Positions 16,910 through 22,776 of a stretch of 22,776 bases of DNA are shown here, in pieces. A program made the translations under genes and the position numbers. Source of the DNA: a bacterium. GTDB taxonomy: Bacteria; Zhuqueibacterota; Zhuqueibacteria; Oceanimicrobiales; Oceanimicrobiaceae. The notes under the pieces were generated by a model. That model was given only the letters and a program-made list of their open reading frames with translations. It did not search any database and had not been told where the DNA came from. Where the stretch lies: positions 1-22,776 of the forward strand of contig JBHIAC010000038.1 of NCBI GenBank assembly GCA_046758365.1, in the 5' to 3' direction. Each line of letters starts with the position of its first letter. Position 1 is the stretch's first letter.

Positions 16910-18619
16910 ATGGTTAAAAATAGTTCAGAAACTGATAAAGAACTTGAGTCTGTTTTAGGCATCCATAAAACTCGAATTCGTATAATTGGCACGGGTGGTG
17001 CAGGAAATAATACGATTACCCGCTTACTTGAAGTTGGTATAAAAGAAGTGGATGTCATTGCCATCAATACAGATGCCCAAGATCTTTTATTTGCGAAAGC
17101 CCATCAAAAGGTTCTCATAGGTAAAAACATAACGAATGGATTGGGGGCCGGAAGCGATCCTGAAAAGGGCGAGGATTCTGCCAAAGAGAGTTCAGAGGAT
17201 ATTGAAAAAGTTATTTCTGGCAGTGATATGATTTTTATTACCTGTGGATTGGGAGGCGGCACTGGTACAGGTTCAGCTCCCATCATTGCCGAGATCGCAA
17301 AAAAAATAGGGGCCTTGACTATTGCAATAGTAACTTTACCATTTTCTGATGAGGGTATTGTACGTTGGGAAAATGCTCGCAAAGGTTTAGACAAACTTCA
17401 AAAAAATGTAGATACTGTAATTGTTGTGCAAAACGATCGTCTTTTAGACATAGTTCCTGATATGCCGTTGAATGAGGCATTTAAAGTTGCAGATGAAATT
17501 CTTGTTAATGCAGTCAAGGGAATAACAGAATTGGTAACAGAAAAAGGATTAGTCAATTTGGATTTCGCCGATATACGCACCATCATGCAGAACGGTGGGC
17601 TTGCCATGATAGGCCTTGGTGAAAGCGATTCCGAAAACAATGCCGAAGATGCCGCAGCAAAGGCACTTAAAAATCCTTTATTAGATATAGATATCACCGG
17701 AGCAAAAAGTGCTTTAATAAATATCACGGGTGGACAGAATATGTCATTAAGTTCTGCTAAAACAATAATGAAAATTGTGGCTGAACAATTAGACCTCTCA
17801 GCAAAAATAATTTGGGGAGCAAGATTAGATGAAACCATGAACCATTCAATCCGGGTGATGCTCATTGTTACTTGCCTGAAAACTAATAGGCGATCACCTT
17901 CTGAAATTGATATGGCAATTAAGTCTATAGACCATGTTACTTCAAAGTCTAAAGAAATATCAAAAAAGTCTAGTCCTGATAAAGTTAATTCGGTAAAAAA
18001 AATAGACACAGAACAAACGAAAAAAGTACTAAAACCTGTTAAAAATAAGGGAACCAAAGTATTCTCTGAATTATTCATGGAGGAATCGTATGCTGATCTA
18101 ATCGTACTGGATGAGGCAATCAATGGATTAGCCATTGGAAATCGTGCGAGAAATGAAAAATATTTACGAGAAATTAATAATGCTTGCTCGTCCTTACAAA
18201 GCACTGCCGAGTTATTTTCCTTAAAAAACATTTCTGAATATGCGAAGATCATTGGTGAAGTAACAAAAAGAGCTCTAAAAGGTGAATTTGATTTATCAGA
18301 ATGTCTCATTAAAATATACCGACAAATACCATCTTCCGTGGAGAGCTTAATAGCCGAAGAAGAAAATTCTAATACAAAAGCCGAAGAAATCAAGAAAAAA
18401 TTGAACAGTATACTAGCATTGTTAAAAAATTCACAAGAAAAAAATAATTTAAATTCCCAAGATCAAAATAAAACCAATAAGGTGAATACGCTGAAGAATG
18501 ATTTTGAAATAAAAAAACAGCAGGTAGATAAATCCTCCGCTGAAGTAGGACCGAACCATGACGAACTCAATTTCTCTAATGTAGACGATGCTGTGAAGTA
18601 CATTAAGAAATTGTTTTAG
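16910..18619 (+). CDS. ftsZ: FtsZ homolog (archaeal FtsZ1-like core) fused to a C-terminal histidine-less Hpt-like domain
   Basis: GTGGAGNN, INTDAQ, GLGAG, tubulin signature GGGTGTG, T7 loop NLDFAD, IIWGA. Then a Lys/Ser-rich linker and LFMEES...LREINNACSSLQSTAELFSL (Hpt-like). Confidence 0.92.
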   Translation: MVKNSSETDKELESVLGIHKTRIRIIGTGGAGNNTITRLLEVGIKEVDVIAINTDAQDLLFAKAHQKVLIGKNITNGLGAGSDPEKGEDSAKESSEDIEKVISGSDMIFITCGLGGGTGTGSAPIIAEIAKKIGALTIAIVTLPFSDEGIVRWENARKGLDKLQKNVDTVIVVQNDRLLDIVPDMPLNEAFKVADEILVNAVKGITELVTEKGLVNLDFADIRTIMQNGGLAMIGLGESDSENNAEDAAAKALKNPLLDIDITGAKSALINITGGQNMSLSSAKTIMKIVAEQLDLSAKIIWGARLDETMNHSIRVMLIVTCLKTNRRSPSEIDMAIKSIDHVTSKSKEISKKSSPDKVNSVKKIDTEQTKKVLKPVKNKGTKVFSELFMEESYADLIVLDEAINGLAIGNRARNEKYLREINNACSSLQSTAELFSLKNISEYAKIIGEVTKRALKGEFDLSECLIKIYRQIPSSVESLIAEEENSNTKAEEIKKKLNSILALLKNSQEKNNLNSQDQNKTNKVNTLKNDFEIKKQQVDKSSAEVGPNHDELNFSNVDDAVKYIKKLF

Positions 18620-18639
18620 CTTTTTAGTGTACTTTTGAC

Positions 18640-19809
18640 ATGCAAACTCATAAAACAAATATAGACTTAAAAATATCTTCCGAAAATTCACTCCCTAATG
18701 TAATTTTAGATCGGTTTACCCAAGACTACTATTATCAAGAGGTCATGCAAGGTCTTAAAAAAATTGAGTCCTATTTATCTAAATTGCAGAAAGAACCTGG
18801 TAATCGAGAATATGTACAGCAGATTAGGAATATTGCAGAGTATGTAACAGATTTAGCAATGATCCATGGATACGAAGGGGTGGAGAATATAGCTGAAAAG
18901 ATAAGGTCTAGTTCTGATCTTATTTTGTGCAAAAGTGAGGAGTTGGAAAAACCTTTTCTTTCAAAAATAGAATTTGCCGTAAAAGCCATTCGTCAGGTGA
19001 TGGAATTGGAAGAAGATATTGACTATCAATTGATATTTGATGAGATTGACGAGAAAATAGCATTAAAACAAAAGGAAGTAAGATCTTGTGCCTCAAGACT
19101 TTCTAACTACTTTGAACAATCCAAGCAAAAAAATAAGCACCTATTTTTCGACATTCGAGAAATAAATACACTTATGAATTTAGTAGAAGAACCTCCAAGG
19201 ATCAAGTCAGGGAATAAGCCTAATAACTTAAATGATACCAAATTTATTAATAATCTCAAGAAAAATACGAAAAATTCAGCTATTAATTTTACACGACCTA
19301 TAGCATCGGCCGAAATTAGTAAAAATAACTTAACAGCCGTGGCAAAAGAACAATTATCTGTTATTGAACAGGCTGTATTAGAACTTCAGGTGATTCCTTA
19401 TGCGACCCATGCAATCCAAGATATTTACACAGCTTGTAAGACTTTACAAGAAACGGCACTGCGATTAAATGATAAAAATTTAACCTTAATTTTGAATCCC
19501 ATACAAAAACTTACTCAAGATAAATTAAATAAGACGAAGCCTGTTTCTGACTCCATTTTGGAAATATTTAATCAAACAACTAAACTCATACACAATCATA
19601 TAGATTATAATCAAGATGACATAAAGGAGATACAAAATCTTGGTCAAAAAATTGAAAAAATATTAAAAGTTGAATCAGTATCTTTAAAAGGCAAGGAAAT
19701 GGACACCGGACATTTTGCAAAAGATATGGAGGATGGATACGAAAAGAAAGGTGTTCACCGCAGCAAAATTGGTTCGTTTTTGAGAGGTTTGATTAAGAAT
19801 AAGAAATAA
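18640..19809 (+). CDS. Hypothetical protein with two histidine-less Hpt-like domains and a basic amphipathic C-terminus
   Basis: YYYQEVMQGLKKIE...IRNIAEYVTDLAMIHGYEGVENIA and AKEQLSVIEQAVLEL...IYTACKTLQETA; ends SKIGSFLRGLIKNKK. Confidence 0.7.
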   Translation: MQTHKTNIDLKISSENSLPNVILDRFTQDYYYQEVMQGLKKIESYLSKLQKEPGNREYVQQIRNIAEYVTDLAMIHGYEGVENIAEKIRSSSDLILCKSEELEKPFLSKIEFAVKAIRQVMELEEDIDYQLIFDEIDEKIALKQKEVRSCASRLSNYFEQSKQKNKHLFFDIREINTLMNLVEEPPRIKSGNKPNNLNDTKFINNLKKNTKNSAINFTRPIASAEISKNNLTAVAKEQLSVIEQAVLELQVIPYATHAIQDIYTACKTLQETALRLNDKNLTLILNPIQKLTQDKLNKTKPVSDSILEIFNQTTKLIHNHIDYNQDDIKEIQNLGQKIEKILKVESVSLKGKEMDTGHFAKDMEDGYEKKGVHRSKIGSFLRGLIKNKK

Positions 19810-19835
19810 ATAAATATTTAACAATTAAATTCAAC

Positions 19836-19870
19836 AAAAACCAGCCCCAGGTATTTGGGGCTGGTTTTTT
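19836..19870 (+). terminator. Intrinsic terminator closing the ftsZ-containing cluster
   Basis: AAAAA-CCAGCCCCA...TGGGGCTGG-TTTTTT. Confidence 0.9.
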
Positions 19871-19887
19871 ATTTTTCGAAAAAAAAG

Positions 19888-19916
19888 TTGCTTATTTAAA
19901 TGAATTTTATTACTAT
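19888..19916 (+). promoter_or_regulatory. sigma70-type promoter of guaB
   Basis: TTGCTT, 17 bp, TACTAT. Confidence 0.55.
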
Positions 19917-19931
19917 TAGTTCAAAATTTAA

Positions 19932-21414
<1,483 letters not shown>

Positions 21415-21416
<2 letters not shown>

Positions 21417-21490
21417 AAATAAGAAACCGGGCTTGCTCGTCTTACCGGGATTAGGGGGAGTTACCGGTTTAGACTTGCTTACCCGGTTTC
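21415..21490 (-). terminator. Long interrupted hairpin plus U-tract after rpsT, between convergent guaB and rpsT
   Basis: Minus strand GAAACCGGGT-AA-GC-AA-GTCT-AA-ACCGG-loop-CCGGT-A-AGAC-GA-GC-AA-GCCCGGTTTC followed by TTATTTTT. Confidence 0.6.
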
Positions 21491-21509
21491 AAAATTCATC
21501 CGCTCTCTC

Positions 21510-21761
21510 TTATATCGCATTAACAAACTTGGTTAATCTTGATTTCTGGTTGGCTGCCTTATTCCGATGGATAATACCTTTGGCTACCATTTTATCTAAT
21601 ATTGATACCGTCTGGGTTAAATGCTTCATCGCCGATTCTTTATCATGAGAGGCAAGAACATTTTTAATTGCTGTTTTCATAGCAGATTTATAATGTTTGT
21701 TGCGCATCCTTTCTTTTTCACTCTTTCGGACGCGCCGCATGGTTGATTTATTATTTGCCAT
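21510..21761 (-). CDS. rpsT: 30S ribosomal protein S20
   Basis: MAN.KS..R...N...KS..KT.IK; KGIIHRNKAANQKSRL. Confidence 0.96.
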   Translation of the reverse strand: MANNKSTMRRVRKSEKERMRNKHYKSAMKTAIKNVLASHDKESAMKHLTQTVSILDKMVAKGIIHRNKAANQKSRLTKFVNAI

Positions 21762-21808
21762 ATTGTTTTATGTTTCTCCTTACTTATTTCCCTCCTTTAA
21801 ATTTTTCA

Positions 21809-21837
21809 AATATACAAAAATATATTACTTTTGTCAA
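21809..21837 (-). promoter_or_regulatory. sigma70-type promoter of rpsT
   Basis: Minus strand TTGACA (21837-21832), 17 bp, TATATT (21814-21809). Confidence 0.7.
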
Positions 21838-21911
21838 TAGAAAAAATTGCAACAAATTAGTATTGTATTTATGAATGGTCAAGATGGGCTTGATTTTAAT
21901 AAAACTTTTTC

Positions 21912-21940
21912 TTGACTTTTAGTCTCTTTTATCTTATTAT
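21912..21940 (+). promoter_or_regulatory. sigma70-type promoter of the STAS gene
   Basis: TTGACT, 17 bp, TATTAT. Confidence 0.65.
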
Positions 21941-22042
21941 AAAATATAACCAATTATAAGTTTGTAACTCGTTTTACTTAGTAAGCTTTGCTTTCAAGAG
22001 TATAAATTTTTAACAAAATCTTAGCCCAACTAAGGAGGGAAC

Positions 22043-22381
22043 ATGAAAATTAAACAAAGAATGATTGGAGACGTTGCAATTTTAAGTTTAAGCGGAAAGC
22101 TTCTTGGTGGTCCTCCAGATTCTGATGAGTTCAAAAACACGATTTACAAACTAATCGATCAAGGTATTACTAAAGTTGTGGCAGATTTATCTGATGTAAA
22201 AAGAATGAATAGCTCTGGATTAGGTATTTTAATTTCAGGACTGACTTCCTTACGTAATAGGAATGGAAATTTGAAATTAGCCGCAGTCAATGATACGATG
22301 GAAGGGATTTTAATTATGACTAAGTTAAATACAATTTTTGATAATTTTCAGACGGCCGAAGGTGCAGCTCAAAGTTTTTAA
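22043..22381 (+). CDS. STAS-domain anti-sigma-factor antagonist (RsbV/SpoIIAA-like)
   Basis: LSGKL; DLSDVKRMNSSGLGIL with the conserved phosphorylatable Ser; AAGGAGG RBS. Confidence 0.92.
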   Translation: MKIKQRMIGDVAILSLSGKLLGGPPDSDEFKNTIYKLIDQGITKVVADLSDVKRMNSSGLGILISGLTSLRNRNGNLKLAAVNDTMEGILIMTKLNTIFDNFQTAEGAAQSF

Positions 22382-22399
22382 TTTCTTTACTTTAATTCT

Positions 22400-22418
22400 T
22401 AGCGCGGCGAAGCCGCAA
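22400..22418 (+). repeat. Short palindromic dispersed repeat, copy 2
   Basis: GCGGC-GAA-GCCGC mini-hairpin; 17/19 identical to 3381-3399. Confidence 0.5.
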
Positions 22419-22776
22419 ATTTCAGAACTGTAGGGATTTGCTTATTCGTACGTTTAGATAAAAAATAATGGAGTCATTAAGTCATAATGCTTCGCTGTCA
22501 TTTATAGTCATTGATATTCTTAATCATTTTTTCTTGCCAAAAAAACAAAGATTTGATTGGTAATACTATAAATACTTTAGTTTTAGAACTTTTAAAAATT
22601 CAACAAAAATTACGGGAGCTAAAAGGCTCTCTTTTTTTTGGTTAAAGCCAAAGAAAGGGGACATCACTTAAACGTTTTATAATCCATTCAATTAAATTCC
22701 ATGTAAGGATATCCCTAGAGGCGTGGACGGAAAGTATATTTTTAGAAAAAACTCGATCAAAAAAACAATAACTTAG

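Noticed and set aside
17398..18393. 331-aa minus-strand ORF, plus 17104-17394
   Set aside because: Antisense shadow of ftsZ with Ser/Ile/Phe-rich composition and no recognisable motifs.
14901..19809. Interpretation as a chemotaxis (CheA) cluster
   Set aside because: No HATPase, CheW, MCP, CheR or CheB domains are visible; only His-less Hpt-like bundles.
21433..21648. 71-aa plus-strand ORF
   Set aside because: Antisense to rpsT and spans the terminator hairpin.
22487..22671. Possible lipoprotein remnant (…LIFLIIFSCQKNK…)
   Set aside because: Interrupted by a stop, very AT-rich and without recognisable homology; insufficient support.

Overview
AT-rich bacterial genomic window. The gene style suggests an FCB-type lineage such as KSB1 or Calditrichota, but that is an unverified inference. 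Left part: a truncated aspartic protease gene, then a sigma70 promoter, cobalamin riboswitch and terminator driving a BtuB-like TonB-dependent receptor. A 110-bp MITE with a 10-bp target-site duplication sits in the receptor leader, and a decayed cobalamin-binding-protein gene follows. Middle: an orphan gcvPB heads a signalling operon (REC-GGDEF, HAMP-PAS kinase, stand-alone HisKA mini-protein, REC-PAS-PAS kinase, sigma54 activator). Directly downstream, a palindromic putative enhancer and a near-consensus sigma54 promoter precede a co-oriented cluster: REC-DUF4388/PATAN, orphan ParA, single-domain REC, lytic transglycosylase, and three genes carrying five histidine-less Hpt-like domains. One of these three is an archaeal-FtsZ1-like tubulin homolog fused to a pseudo-Hpt domain, lying outside any dcw cluster. 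This cluster is the best candidate for an undescribed regulated division or morphogenesis system. Right part: guaB, rpsT and a STAS anti-sigma antagonist.
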